This document shows, in pieces, positions 8,257 to 17,498 of a stretch of DNA of 64,000 nucleotides (positions within the stretch are counted from its first letter, which is position 1; every line of letters begins with the position of its first letter). The stretch covers positions 416,001-480,000 of the forward strand of contig CAVTTN010000002.1 in the NCBI GenBank assembly GCA_963737655.1, in the 5' to 3' direction. Both the position numbers and the translations under genes were made by a program. The notes under the pieces are model-generated. The model did not search any database, had not been told where the DNA came from, and saw only the letters and a list, made by a program, of their open reading frames with translations. The DNA comes from an uncultured Planctomycetota bacterium (lineage in GTDB: Bacteria > Planctomycetota > Planctomycetia > Isosphaerales > Isosphaeraceae).

Positions 8257-9771
8257 ATGAAAACCTCCTCGAAGATCGGCGTGGGGATCGGTCTGGGCCT
8301 GGTGGCCCTGGCGGGCACGGCGTCGCTGGTGGCCTCGGTGGGCGACCTCCACGCGCGGATCGACCGCGTGTCTCCCCTTCTGGCCGTGGCCCTGGCGACC
8401 GTCGCCGTGGTCGCGGCGGCGGGATCGGCGCTGGCCGGGGCGCGGGTCCTGTGGAAGCTCGGCCGCTCGGAACCACCCGCCACCCAGGCTCCGGCCGACG
8501 TCGTCGAGGCCGCCGCCGTCCAGGCGGAGAAGGCCGGGGGCGTGGTCGATCAGGTCGGCGACCAGGCGGTCAAGGCCCGGTTGCAGACCGAGCTCGCCAC
8601 CTTGAAACGCGATCGGGAGAGCCGGCGGTTCCACCTCGTGGTGTTCGGGACGGGTTCGGCCGGCAAGACCTCCTTGATTAATGCCCTTCTCGGCCACCAC
8701 GTCGGCAAGACCGAGCCGACGCTGGGCACCACGCGATCGGGCGTCGATCACACCCACGAGATCCACGGGGTGGACGGCACCTTGATCCTGACCGACACCC
8801 CGGGCCTCTCCGAGATCGGCGACGGGGGGGCGTTGCGGGAGTCCGAGGCCCGAGACCTCGCCGCCCGCGCCGATTTGCTCCTGTTCGTGGTCGATCACGA
8901 CCTGGTTCGCTCGGAGTTCGACCCGATGGCGGCCCTGGCGAAGCAGGGGAAGCGGTCGATCGTCGTCCTCAACAAGAAGGATCGCTTCGTCGATCGGGAC
9001 CGCGAGGCGATCCTGGCCAAGCTCCGGGAGAGGCTCGCCGGGATCGTCCCCCCGGGCGACGTCCTGGCCGTGGCGGCGTCCCCTCGGCCGATCCCGGTGA
9101 AGGTCCAGCGCGACGACGGCCGGATCGACACCGTGTTCGAGGACGAGCCGCCCGACCTCGGCGATCTCCAGGACGCCATCGCGGCGATCTTGAAGCGCGA
9201 GGGGGACTCGCTCCGGGCCGGCAACCTGCTGTTGAGGGCCCATCTCGTCAGCAAGGCGGCGCAGGACCAGGTGAACGTCGAGAGGCGGGTGCGTGCGCAG
9301 GCGATCGTCGATAAATTCCAGTGGATCACCGCGGGGACCGTGTTCACCAACCCGATCCCCGCGCTCGACCTGATGGCCACCGGCGCCGTCCAGTTCCAGA
9401 TGATCTCGGAGATCGCGGCGGTGTACGGGGTGGAGCTCTCGACGAGCCACGTGCGGATGATCGGCGGCCAGATGATCCAGATGTTGCTGAAGCTGGGGAT
9501 GGTGGAGGCGGCGAGCTCGTTGATCGCCGGCCTGTTCAAATCGACCCTCGTGGGCTACGCGGCGGGAGGGGCCGTCCAGGTCGTCACGATGGCGTACCTG
9601 ACCCACATCTCGGGCCAGACCTTCAGCGAGTATTTCGCCCGGGGGCAGAGCTGGGGAGACGGGGGGATGCAGGCGGCCCTGGTCCGCCAGTTCGACCTCA
9701 ATCGCCGGGCCGACTTCCTCCAGGAGTTCGCCAAGCAAGCGATCGCGAAGGTGGTGAAACGCATCAAGTAG
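8257..9771 (+). CDS. Membrane-anchored Era-like GTPase with DUF697/YcjF domain
   Basis: Two N-terminal TM helices; G1 GTGSAGKTS, G3 DTPG, G4 NKKD; NPIPALDL C-terminal motif. Confidence 0.88.
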   Translation: MKTSSKIGVGIGLGLVALAGTASLVASVGDLHARIDRVSPLLAVALATVAVVAAAGSALAGARVLWKLGRSEPPATQAPADVVEAAAVQAEKAGGVVDQVGDQAVKARLQTELATLKRDRESRRFHLVVFGTGSAGKTSLINALLGHHVGKTEPTLGTTRSGVDHTHEIHGVDGTLILTDTPGLSEIGDGGALRESEARDLAARADLLLFVVDHDLVRSEFDPMAALAKQGKRSIVVLNKKDRFVDRDREAILAKLRERLAGIVPPGDVLAVAASPRPIPVKVQRDDGRIDTVFEDEPPDLGDLQDAIAAILKREGDSLRAGNLLLRAHLVSKAAQDQVNVERRVRAQAIVDKFQWITAGTVFTNPIPALDLMATGAVQFQMISEIAAVYGVELSTSHVRMIGGQMIQMLLKLGMVEAASSLIAGLFKSTLVGYAAGGAVQVVTMAYLTHISGQTFSEYFARGQSWGDGGMQAALVRQFDLNRRADFLQEFAKQAIAKVVKRIK

Positions 9772-9796
9772 GGTGCATGAAATGCACCAACCCCGC

Positions 9797-9882
9797 CGCG
9801 GCCGAAGGCCGCGAACCAAATCCCCGAATCCCCGAACCCCCGGCATCCCCAAATCCCCGAACCCCGGCATCCTCGAACCCCG
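9797..9882. repeat. Short hairpin followed by degenerate 8-mer tandem repeat
   Basis: CGCGGCC-GAA-GGCCGCG-AACCAAA, then about 8 units resembling AATCCCCG/AACCCCCG/CATCCCCA. Confidence 0.65.
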
Positions 9883-9903
9883 TCGCCCGAGGCCCTCCGC
9901 ATC

Positions 9904-11284
9904 ATGGCCACCGATCCGACCGATCCGAAGGCCGCCGTCGAGCCGCCCGACGCCGTCGAGAAGGCCCGGGAGAGCCTGGAACAGACCCTCGCCGCGCTCA
10001 AGCTCTCGCCCGAGGAGGAGCACGCCCTGGCCGAGGAGCTCGAGGCGCTGCGCGACCTGACCGAGAAGCTCGACGCCGGGACGATCGAGATCGCCGCGTT
10101 CGGGATGGTCAGCCGGGGGAAGTCCTCGGTCCTGAACGCCCTGGCGGGCAAGGAATTGTTCAAGACGGGGGCCACTCACGGGACGACCACGGTCCGCAAC
10201 GCCCACCCGTGGGACGTGGCGACGATCGAGAACCCGTCGCTCGAAGGCTCGAAGCTCGTCCTGGTCGATACGCCGGGGATCGACGAGGTCGGCGGAGAGG
10301 TCCGCGAGGCCCTGGCCCGAGACGTCGCCCGCCATGCCGACCTGCTCCTGTTCGTCGTCTCCGGCGACATGCAACGGCGCGAATTCGAGGCGCTCAGCGA
10401 CCTCCGCGAGGCCCAGAAGCCGATGGTCCTCGTGTTCAACCAGATCGACCGCTATCCCGACGCCGACCGCGACGCGATCTATCACAAGATCAAGGACGAG
10501 CGGGTCCGCCACCTGATCCGCCCCGAAGACATCGTGATGACCGCGGCGAAGCCCGACCCGTTCCGGGTGAAGATCCGCAAGCCCGACGGCACCACGGTGA
10601 ACGAGTGGGAATATCCTCCGCCGATCATCGAGCCCCTGAAGGAGAAGATCCTCGAAGTCCTGGAACGGGAGGGGAAGGCGCTGGTGGCGCTCAACGTCCT
10701 GATCTTCGCGGGGGATTTGCATCAAGAGATCGTCGCGAAGAAGATGAAAATCCGCGACGACGCGGCCGACCGGACGATCTGGAACTTCGCCGTGGCCAAG
10801 GGGGTGGCCGTGGGCCTGAACCCGATCCCCGTGGCCGACATCGCCGGAGGGGCTCGCGGTGGACGTGGCGATGGTCATGGCCCTGAGCAAGGTGTACGGA
10901 ATCCCCCTGACCCGCAGGACGGCCGCCGGGCTCGTGAAAGACATGGCGCTGGCCCTCGGGACGGTCGGCGTGGTGGAGGTGGGCACCCGGCTCGTGGCCA
11001 AGGGCGTGCAATCGGTCCTCGCCGGGCTCACCGTCGCCTCGGGCGGGCTGGCGACCCCGCTCACGATGCTCGGCTACGGCGCCATCGGCCTGACGATCGG
11101 CGGGGCGGGGGCGTTCACGTCGTATGTTCTGGGTCATGGCGCCAAGATTTATCTGGCCCAGGGGTGCCAATGGGGCCCTCGGGGGATCAAGACGGTCGTC
11201 CATCAGATCCTGGAAGAGGCGAAGGAAGGCTCGGTGCTCGACCGCATCCGGGACGACCTCAAGAAGAAGGTCAAGAAGCCGTGA
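9904..11284 (+). CDS. Second Era-like GTPase with DUF697 domain; frameshift near 10850
   Basis: GMVSRGKSS, DTPG, NQID, NPIPVADI; continues in ORF 10859..11284 (DVAMVMALSKVYG...WGPRGIK). Confidence 0.85.
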
Positions 11285-11741
11285 CCGAGGCGAGCAAGCC
11301 GGCGAGTCGAGCGCCGTTCTGGCCCGGGGCTCGACCTGGGCGGCCGGGGTCCTGGCGATCGCGGCCGTGGTCCTGGTCGCCGAGATCGTCCTGACCCGGC
11401 CGGTCCGCGAGGCGGTGAAGACGTACACCGAGCTGATCGAGGCCGCCAACCGCGGCGACCTCGACGCCGCCCGGGCGTTGTGCACCGAGCGTTACCTGAA
11501 ATCGCACGGCCTGAAGGCCGCGAAGGAAGGCGGGGTGATCGGCTTGCCCCGGAACATCCACAAGAACTTCCAGGCCTGGCGGGAAGGCCGGGACGTGTTG
11601 CTCTGCCCCACCAACCGAGTGGGGCCGGTGTATCGTTTCATCCAGGACGGCGGCCGCTGGCGGTTCGACGGCGTGGCGGGCCTGCTCGGCCCCGAAGGAC
11701 GGGTCGAGCCGATGGAAGACGGCGAGGACGAGGGGCCGTGA
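11281..11741 (+). CDS. Membrane-anchored hypothetical protein; probable frameshift near 11320
   Basis: GTG overlaps the upstream stop; TM helix then GLPRNIHKNF/CPTNRVGPVY motifs in the 11124..11741 frame. Confidence 0.65.
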
Positions 11742-11816
11742 GGGCCGAAATCACGCCTCTTGGAGACCCCCGACCTCTGGGTATCGCTCGGGAGTTTGGG
11801 AATCCGGGTCGGAGCC

Positions 11817-11954
11817 GCTCTGTAGAAGACCCCGATCGACGAGGTGGATCGAGTCGGTCCGACTTCAGTCGGGCCGACAAAGATGCAGAGTTTTCTAGGC
11901 CCGACTGAAGTCGGACCGACTCGATCCCTTTCCATCACCGAGGTTTTCTACGGT
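11817..11954. mobile_element. Element A (MITE/REPIN), opposite orientation to the 26998 copy
   Basis: TIR CTGTAGAAGACC / GGTTTTCTACGG; REP-A doublet; reverse complement aligns end to end with 26998-27134. Confidence 0.82.
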
Positions 11955-12138
11955 GAAGGTCGGAGTCCAAACATCGGGTGCCAACGGTCCTCGAACGGGG
12001 TCGCGAGATGACGAGATGCCCAGCGACCACGCATGGGTGCCCCGGTTCGAGAACCTGGCGCACCCGGATCGGCGATTTTAGGGAGCCGAAGCGACCCGTT
12101 CCGACCCTCCCCAACCCGTCCGACGATGGAGACTTCGG

Positions 12139-12166
12139 TTGACAGCCCGGGGCCGTCCGCTAGAAT
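12139..12166 (+). promoter_or_regulatory. Sigma70-type promoter for exbBD(-dedA)
   Basis: TTGACA-16 bp-TAGAAT, about 60 bp upstream of ATG 12228. Confidence 0.65.
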
Positions 12167-12227
12167 CTTGACCTTGCGGGGCTCCCCGAAGGGACGAGGG
12201 GCCGGGTCGTCTCAGGGAGGTTCGCCG

Positions 12228-13088
12228 ATGGTCGGCCGGTCGTGGCCCTGGACGGTCTTCCTCGTTCTCGGCCTGGCGTCCGGCGGCCTGGCGCAGGAGC
12301 GTCCCGCCGGGCCGGTTCCGGCCGAGCCGCCGAAATCGGCCGCCGCGAAACCCGCCTCGGCCGCGAAGCCCTCGGGCGTCTCCCGCAAGAGCGTCCTGAG
12401 CGTCTTCCGGCCGGACAACCCCTTGCTCTGGCCCCTGGCGATCTGCTCGATCGTCACGCTGGGGTTCACCCTCGAACGGACGATCGCGCTGAGGAGAGGC
12501 CGGGTCGTCCCTCGCGACTTCGTCGCCCGGTTCGTCGAGCGGCTCGGCTCGGGCAAGCTCGATCGCGACCGCGCCGCCGAGCTTTGCAAGGCGAATGATA
12601 GCCCCGTGGCCCGGGTCTTCGGCCACGCCGTCCGCTACTGGGGCCAGCCGGCCACCGAGATCCGCCAGGCCCTCGATCACGACGCCGGCGCCGAGATCCT
12701 CGACCTCAAGCGGAATTGCCGGGCCCTGAATGGCACGGCCACGCTCGCCCCGCTCCTCGGCCTGCTCGGCACGGTGGTCGGGATGATCGAGGCGTTCGAC
12801 TCGCTCTCCTCGCCCCAGGTGGCCGGGATGGGCAAGAGCGAGGCCCTGGCCCACGGGATCAGCCTGGCCCTGGTCACCACGGCGCTGGGCCTGGGCATCG
12901 CGATCGTCTCGGTCGTCGCCTACTCGATGCTCCTGCACAAGGTCGATGTCCTGGCCGGGGAGCTCGACGACTCGGCCCAGATGGTCATCGACCTCGTCAG
13001 CGGGGAGAACGGCCGGGCCTTCGCCGATCGCCGGGGGACCTCGGGACCCAATGACTCCCCCCGACACGCCCGGACCGAGGCCCTCTGA
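12228..13088 (+). CDS. exbB: MotA/TolQ/ExbB proton channel protein
   Basis: LAPLLGLLGTVVGMIEAF and GISLALVTTALGL motifs; GGGAGG RBS. Confidence 0.92.
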   Translation: MVGRSWPWTVFLVLGLASGGLAQERPAGPVPAEPPKSAAAKPASAAKPSGVSRKSVLSVFRPDNPLLWPLAICSIVTLGFTLERTIALRRGRVVPRDFVARFVERLGSGKLDRDRAAELCKANDSPVARVFGHAVRYWGQPATEIRQALDHDAGAEILDLKRNCRALNGTATLAPLLGLLGTVVGMIEAFDSLSSPQVAGMGKSEALAHGISLALVTTALGLGIAIVSVVAYSMLLHKVDVLAGELDDSAQMVIDLVSGENGRAFADRRGTSGPNDSPRHARTEAL

Positions 13089-13510
13089 TGCTCTCCCGGC
13101 ACATGGGCTCGGACGAGATGCCCGTCATCAACATGACGCCGATGGTGGACGTCGTCCTCTGCCTCCTCGTCTTCTTCATGGCCGCGACGAAGCTTTATGA
13201 CTGGGACGAGGAGCAATTCACCGTCCGGGTCCCCGAGGTCTCCGACGCCGCCCCGCTCACGGCCGCCCCCGAGGATTTGACGATCACCGTCCTCGGCCCC
13301 GGCAAGGTCGAGATGGGCGGCAAGGACTATGACCTGAAATCGCTGGCCGAGGCGCTCAAGGCCGCTCGGGAGCGGTTCGCCGATCAGGGCGTTTTGGTCC
13401 GGGGGAACTCGACCGAGCCGTATCAGCACATGGCCGACGCCCTCTCGGCCTGCGAATCGGCGGGGATCGCCAACGTCCGCCTCCTCGTCCGCCCGAAGGC
13501 CGCCGAGTAG
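13088..13510 (+). CDS. exbD: Biopolymer transporter ExbD/TolR
   Basis: INMTPMVDVVLCLLVFFM; TGATG coupling to exbB. Confidence 0.93.
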   Translation: MLSRHMGSDEMPVINMTPMVDVVLCLLVFFMAATKLYDWDEEQFTVRVPEVSDAAPLTAAPEDLTITVLGPGKVEMGGKDYDLKSLAEALKAARERFADQGVLVRGNSTEPYQHMADALSACESAGIANVRLLVRPKAAE

Positions 13511-13552
13511 CATCCCGATTCGAAACCGCCCCCACTCCGAGGATTCGCCCGA

Positions 13553-14245
13553 ATGGACCGGCTCCGCGCCCTCTACCAAAGCATCAAGAGCCTCGCCGAC
13601 CCGACCTATCTGAACACTCTGGCCGGTTCGATGGGCGGGGGGATGTACCTGCTCCTCTTCGCGATCATCTTCGCGGAGACCGGGCTGGTCGTCACGCCGT
13701 TCCTGCCGGGCGACTCGCTCCTGTTCGCCGTGGGGGCGATGGCCGCGGTGGGGGCGTCGCCGATCAACCTGCCGCTGACGGCGGTCCTCCTGATCGTCGC
13801 GGCCGTCCTGGGGGACGCGGTGAACTACGCCATCGGCGCGAAGCTCGGGCCGAAAGTCTTCTCGCGAGAGGATTCGCGGCTCCTGAACAAGAAGCACCTC
13901 CTCGAAGCGCAGAGGTTCTACGACAAGTACGGCGGCAAGACGATCATCCTGGCCAGGTTCGTCCCGATCGTCCGCACGTTCGCCCCGTTCGTCGCCGGGG
14001 TGGGGCGGATGAGCTACCGCAAGTTCTTCGCCTACAACGTGATCGGCGGGGCCGCCTGGGTGCTCATCTGCCTGATCGCCGGCCGGGTCTTTGGCGGGAT
14101 CGATTACGTCCAGAAACATTTTGAGCTGGTCGCGCTGGCGATCGTCGCCATCTCGCTCCTGCCGGTGGCCATCGAGCTGATCCGGGCCCGGCTCGCCAGG
14201 AAGGCCGAGCCGGCCGCCGAGCTCCCGGCCGAGGCCGGCGGCTGA
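13553..14245 (+). CDS. dedA: DedA family membrane protein
   Basis: FAETGLVVTPFLPGDSLLF and ARFVPIVRTFAPFVAG. Confidence 0.95.
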   Translation: MDRLRALYQSIKSLADPTYLNTLAGSMGGGMYLLLFAIIFAETGLVVTPFLPGDSLLFAVGAMAAVGASPINLPLTAVLLIVAAVLGDAVNYAIGAKLGPKVFSREDSRLLNKKHLLEAQRFYDKYGGKTIILARFVPIVRTFAPFVAGVGRMSYRKFFAYNVIGGAAWVLICLIAGRVFGGIDYVQKHFELVALAIVAISLLPVAIELIRARLARKAEPAAELPAEAGG

Positions 14246-14255
14246 TCCGGACTCG

Positions 14256-16346
14256 TCACCTCTTCTTCTTCGCCGGGGCCGAGGTCGCGGCCTTGACCTC
14301 CAACGAGCGGACGAATCGGCGGCGGTCGGTGGCCGAGAGGGCTTCTTTCGATCCCGAGGCGACCGCCGAGAAGACCCGGCTCCCGGCCACGACCACCCGG
14401 GCCTGGGCTTCGATCTCCGAGTCTCCCTCGGTGAAGTGGAACTCCACGTCGCGGCCGATGTGGCCGTTGGGCTGGATGGCGACGTCGGATTGGACGGCTC
14501 CGCCCATGTCCGCGACGATCTTTTTCGCCGTCTCGTCGGCCACCTTCGCCGGAGTCGTCCCTTTTTTCTCGGAGGCGGTCAGGTCGCGATAGGACAGGCG
14601 GAACAGGGGGCCAGCTTCGCCCGCTCGGACGGTGAACGCCCGGGTCTTGCCCAGCTTCGGGCCGGTCGATTCGTCGGCCTCCTCGGGTGCGGCGGGCATG
14701 TCGATCGCGAAGTTCCCTCCGGGGGCCGAGAACTCCGACCATTCGGGCCGGAACCGGGCGATTTTCGGTTTGGGCCGGGGCGTCAGCGAGTTCAAGAAGG
14801 TGTTCACGGCTTCCATGTGGCTTCGGAGCGATCCGGCCGGCGCGAAGGCCACGGCGACGTAGGCGGTCGGGCCGTCGGGGATCACGAACGCCTCGCCCTG
14901 GCTGGTTTCGGCGTCGGCGACGGGCTTCACGGAGAGCCGGAGCCTCTGGGCGGCCCGGCCGTCGCGGGACAGCCCGCTTTGCCGGACGACCTCGGCTCCG
15001 AAAACGCCCTGGAGGATCGCCTTGCCGCCCTCGAACGGGTCGCGCATCATCCCCGAGGAACCGCCGGCGCCGGTCTGGCCGACGAGGACGGCGTACGTCA
15101 CGCCGTCGGCCGTCGCGGATCGGAGGCGGACGGCCACGTCCTTGCCCGAGATCGAGACGGTTTGCTCGCGATCCTGGACCTGGGGAGGCATCATCGCCCG
15201 GTAGCGGTCGGCCTCGGAGACGGTCTCGACCCACGGGGGGGCCGGGGCAGGGGCAGGGGCCTCGGCGCGGTCCGGGGCGGTCAGGCGGAAGGAGTCGAAG
15301 AAGGCGTTGATGGCCGGGTCGTCGAGCCGGGCGCGGTCGCCGATCACGCGAAGGTCGTAGACGCGGGGACCGGTCACGATCAGACGGAACCGGCCTCCCT
15401 GGGGAGGCCCGTTGGGCTCGCTCGGCGGGGCGTCGTAGCGGAATTCCAGGGTCGAGTGGCCGAACATCCGGGTCGCGCGAGACTGGGTTTGCGTCCCCGA
15501 GTCGCGGCGGATCGCCGAGGTCTTGTAGTCGTCCAGGAACTTGGCCTGATCCGCCGGGGGCACCGGGTTGACCAGTTCGAGGACCAGGACGTTGACCGCC
15601 AGGCCCGGCGGCTCGGCGAAGGTCACGAGGATCTTCCTGGTCACTCCGCCCTGGCGAGGAGGCTGGACCTTCTCCTGGGGCGAGTCCGGCATCCGGACGG
15701 AATACCCGCCTTCGGCCGAGGTATAGTCGGTCGGCTTCGCCGGCAAGGCCCGGGGCGGATCGCCCGGTCCGGCCGGTGCCGGGTCGGGCGGGGCCTGGGC
15801 CGTCCGCTCGCTGGGCGTCACCGGGTTCAACAGCCGGAATGACCTGAGGAACGCATCCCCGACCGGCCCGTTCACCCGATCCTTCGACCCGGCGACCATC
15901 ACGTTGTACAGCCGGTTGCGGACGAGGGTGGCCCGCGACCGGATCAGCACGCCGTCGGGAAGGGCCTTGCTGGCCGGCATCTGGACGACATATTCCCGGG
16001 ACGGGTGGCCATCGAGGGTCGATTCCTTCCTCGACAGGAATTTCCCGCCCTTGGCGGCGAGCGCCTCGGGCTGGCCCTCATCGAGGATCGCCTTCGCGTC
16101 GATGGAGGCGAAGTTCTCGGGGTAATCGTTGACCAGGACGGCGAAGTTCAGCCCGTCGGTCCCATCGACCCGGTGGACCCGGAAATGGATCGGCCCGGAG
16201 TCCGAGGGCTCGTCGTGGGTCGAGAGCTTCGGGGCCGCCGGGAACGCGACCGAGAAGTTCAGCTCGGGCGACTCATACGGCTTCTTCGCCGTCTTCCCGC
16301 ATCCGCAGGCCAGGAGCAGCAGCACACAGCCGACAAGGCGCTTCAT
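14256..16346 (-). CDS. Lipoprotein with four repeated PsbP/DcrB-like domains
   Basis: MKRLVGCVLLLLACGC lipobox; four repeats beginning S.E..F/YSV.MP and ending F..S; Pro-rich linkers. Confidence 0.75.
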   Translation of the reverse strand: MKRLVGCVLLLLACGCGKTAKKPYESPELNFSVAFPAAPKLSTHDEPSDSGPIHFRVHRVDGTDGLNFAVLVNDYPENFASIDAKAILDEGQPEALAAKGGKFLSRKESTLDGHPSREYVVQMPASKALPDGVLIRSRATLVRNRLYNVMVAGSKDRVNGPVGDAFLRSFRLLNPVTPSERTAQAPPDPAPAGPGDPPRALPAKPTDYTSAEGGYSVRMPDSPQEKVQPPRQGGVTRKILVTFAEPPGLAVNVLVLELVNPVPPADQAKFLDDYKTSAIRRDSGTQTQSRATRMFGHSTLEFRYDAPPSEPNGPPQGGRFRLIVTGPRVYDLRVIGDRARLDDPAINAFFDSFRLTAPDRAEAPAPAPAPPWVETVSEADRYRAMMPPQVQDREQTVSISGKDVAVRLRSATADGVTYAVLVGQTGAGGSSGMMRDPFEGGKAILQGVFGAEVVRQSGLSRDGRAAQRLRLSVKPVADAETSQGEAFVIPDGPTAYVAVAFAPAGSLRSHMEAVNTFLNSLTPRPKPKIARFRPEWSEFSAPGGNFAIDMPAAPEEADESTGPKLGKTRAFTVRAGEAGPLFRLSYRDLTASEKKGTTPAKVADETAKKIVADMGGAVQSDVAIQPNGHIGRDVEFHFTEGDSEIEAQARVVVAGSRVFSAVASGSKEALSATDRRRFVRSLEVKAATSAPAKKKR

Positions 16347-16454
16347 GAAGGGGGGCTCCGAGGGGGGATTTCGGCCCATCACGATATCATCAGAGGACGA
16401 GGGCTGCCATCCCCCGGGCGGCGCCTCGGGACCGTCGTTGGCATTCGCCGGGCG

Positions 16455-16610
16455 GGTCGGTAGGATGGATCGGGTCCGGTCGCGGCGGTCGAGGCCGCCG
16501 GACTCCCGCCGATTCGCCCCCTTCGGATGCTCGCCATGCCCTCGCCGAACGACCGCCCCTCCCTGCGCTCCGACACCATCACCAGGGGCGACTCCCTCGC
16601 CGGCCATCGC
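16455..16610 (+). repeat. Direct repeat copy 1 (ilvD promoter, leader and 5' end)
   Basis: 156 bp identical to 17487-17642 except 2 substitutions. Confidence 0.95.
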
Positions 16611-16785
16611 GGACATTTCCAGGAAGGGACCTGAGCTGATCGCCCGCCGATCCAGTTTCCGTCTCCAGCCTCGGGACCAGCGTCTCGACCTAGAAGGAGC
16701 CGAAGAATCGCCTTCGGTCGTGCTCCCGCCCGATCCCGAATCGGCGGGTCGCGGACGGTCTCCGACGGGGTGAGGACGGCTGTCC

Positions 16786-17226
16786 ATGCGGATCTATCTC
16801 GACATGTGTAGCCTTCAGAGGCCGCTGGACGACCGATCCCAGCTCCGGGTGCGCCTGGAGGCCGAGGCCGTTCTCGCGGTCCTCTCGCATTGCCGATCGG
16901 GCCGGTCCGAGATCTTCTCGTCCGATGCCCTCGAATATGAGGCGGTGCGCAACCCGCACCCTGTTCGGCGGGCCCATGCCCTGGATATCCTGGGAGAGGC
17001 GGACGAGTTCGTTGTCGCCTCCCCAGAGCTCGAAACTCGGGCCCGGACGTGGGTCGAAGCCGGCCTCAAGCCCTTGGACGCGCTCCATCTGGCCGGTGCT
17101 GTGGAGGCCGGGGCCGATTTCTTCTGCACCTGCGACGATCGCTTGTTGAAGAGGGCGCGGTCGCTGAACACGGGGGCGACCCGGGTCCTCAGCCCTCTGG
17201 AACTCTTCGGGGAGCTCGGGCGATGA
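16786..17226 (+). CDS. PIN-domain (VapC-like) ribonuclease toxin
   Basis: MRIYLDMCSLQRPLDD, LKPLDALHLAGA and FCTCDDRL acidic PIN motifs. Confidence 0.9.
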   Translation: MRIYLDMCSLQRPLDDRSQLRVRLEAEAVLAVLSHCRSGRSEIFSSDALEYEAVRNPHPVRRAHALDILGEADEFVVASPELETRARTWVEAGLKPLDALHLAGAVEAGADFFCTCDDRLLKRARSLNTGATRVLSPLELFGELGR

Positions 17227-17432
17227 GCGATCGGCAAGAGCCGCTGGCCGAGGTGACGAGCCGGGCGTTCGAGATCCTCTACCGCGAGCTCGGGCCGGTC
17301 GATACGCTCCGGTTCATCGGCCAGTTCACGACCGGGCTCGGCGACTACACCGTCGAGCGGGACGCCCTCCAGGATTCGCGGACCCTGGACCAGATCCTCG
17401 CCGAGATCCGCGAGAAGAAGCCGCGGGGATAG
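17223..17432 (+). CDS. Small putative antitoxin (toxin-first gene order)
   Basis: 69 aa, ATGA overlap with the PIN gene; LYRELGPVDTLRFIGQF...GDYTVER motif typical of partners of this PIN subfamily. Confidence 0.75.
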   Translation: MSDRQEPLAEVTSRAFEILYRELGPVDTLRFIGQFTTGLGDYTVERDALQDSRTLDQILAEIREKKPRG

Positions 17433-17469
17433 CCGGCCCGGCGGGACTCGATCGGCCGGGGCTCCGCGG

Positions 17470-17498
17470 TTGGAATCCTTCCGGGCGGTCGGTAGGAT
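17470..17498 (+). promoter_or_regulatory. Putative sigma70 promoter of ilvD (twin copy at 16438-16466)
   Basis: TTGGAA-17 bp-TAGGAT; the twin reads TTGGCA-17 bp-TAGGAT. Confidence 0.5.

Noticed and set aside
8068..11064. Very long antisense or alternative-frame ORFs (e.g. 8068..11064, 16815..19352, 24513..26897, 33920..37501)
   Set aside because: Shadows of real genes in high-GC DNA; Arg/Pro/Gly-rich with no recognisable motifs.
16347..16787. N-terminal extension of the lipoprotein given by the ORF track (also 12033, 8080, 48556, 33847 starts)
   Set aside because: Downstream starts have signal peptides or RBS, and the extensions overlap promoters or other genes.
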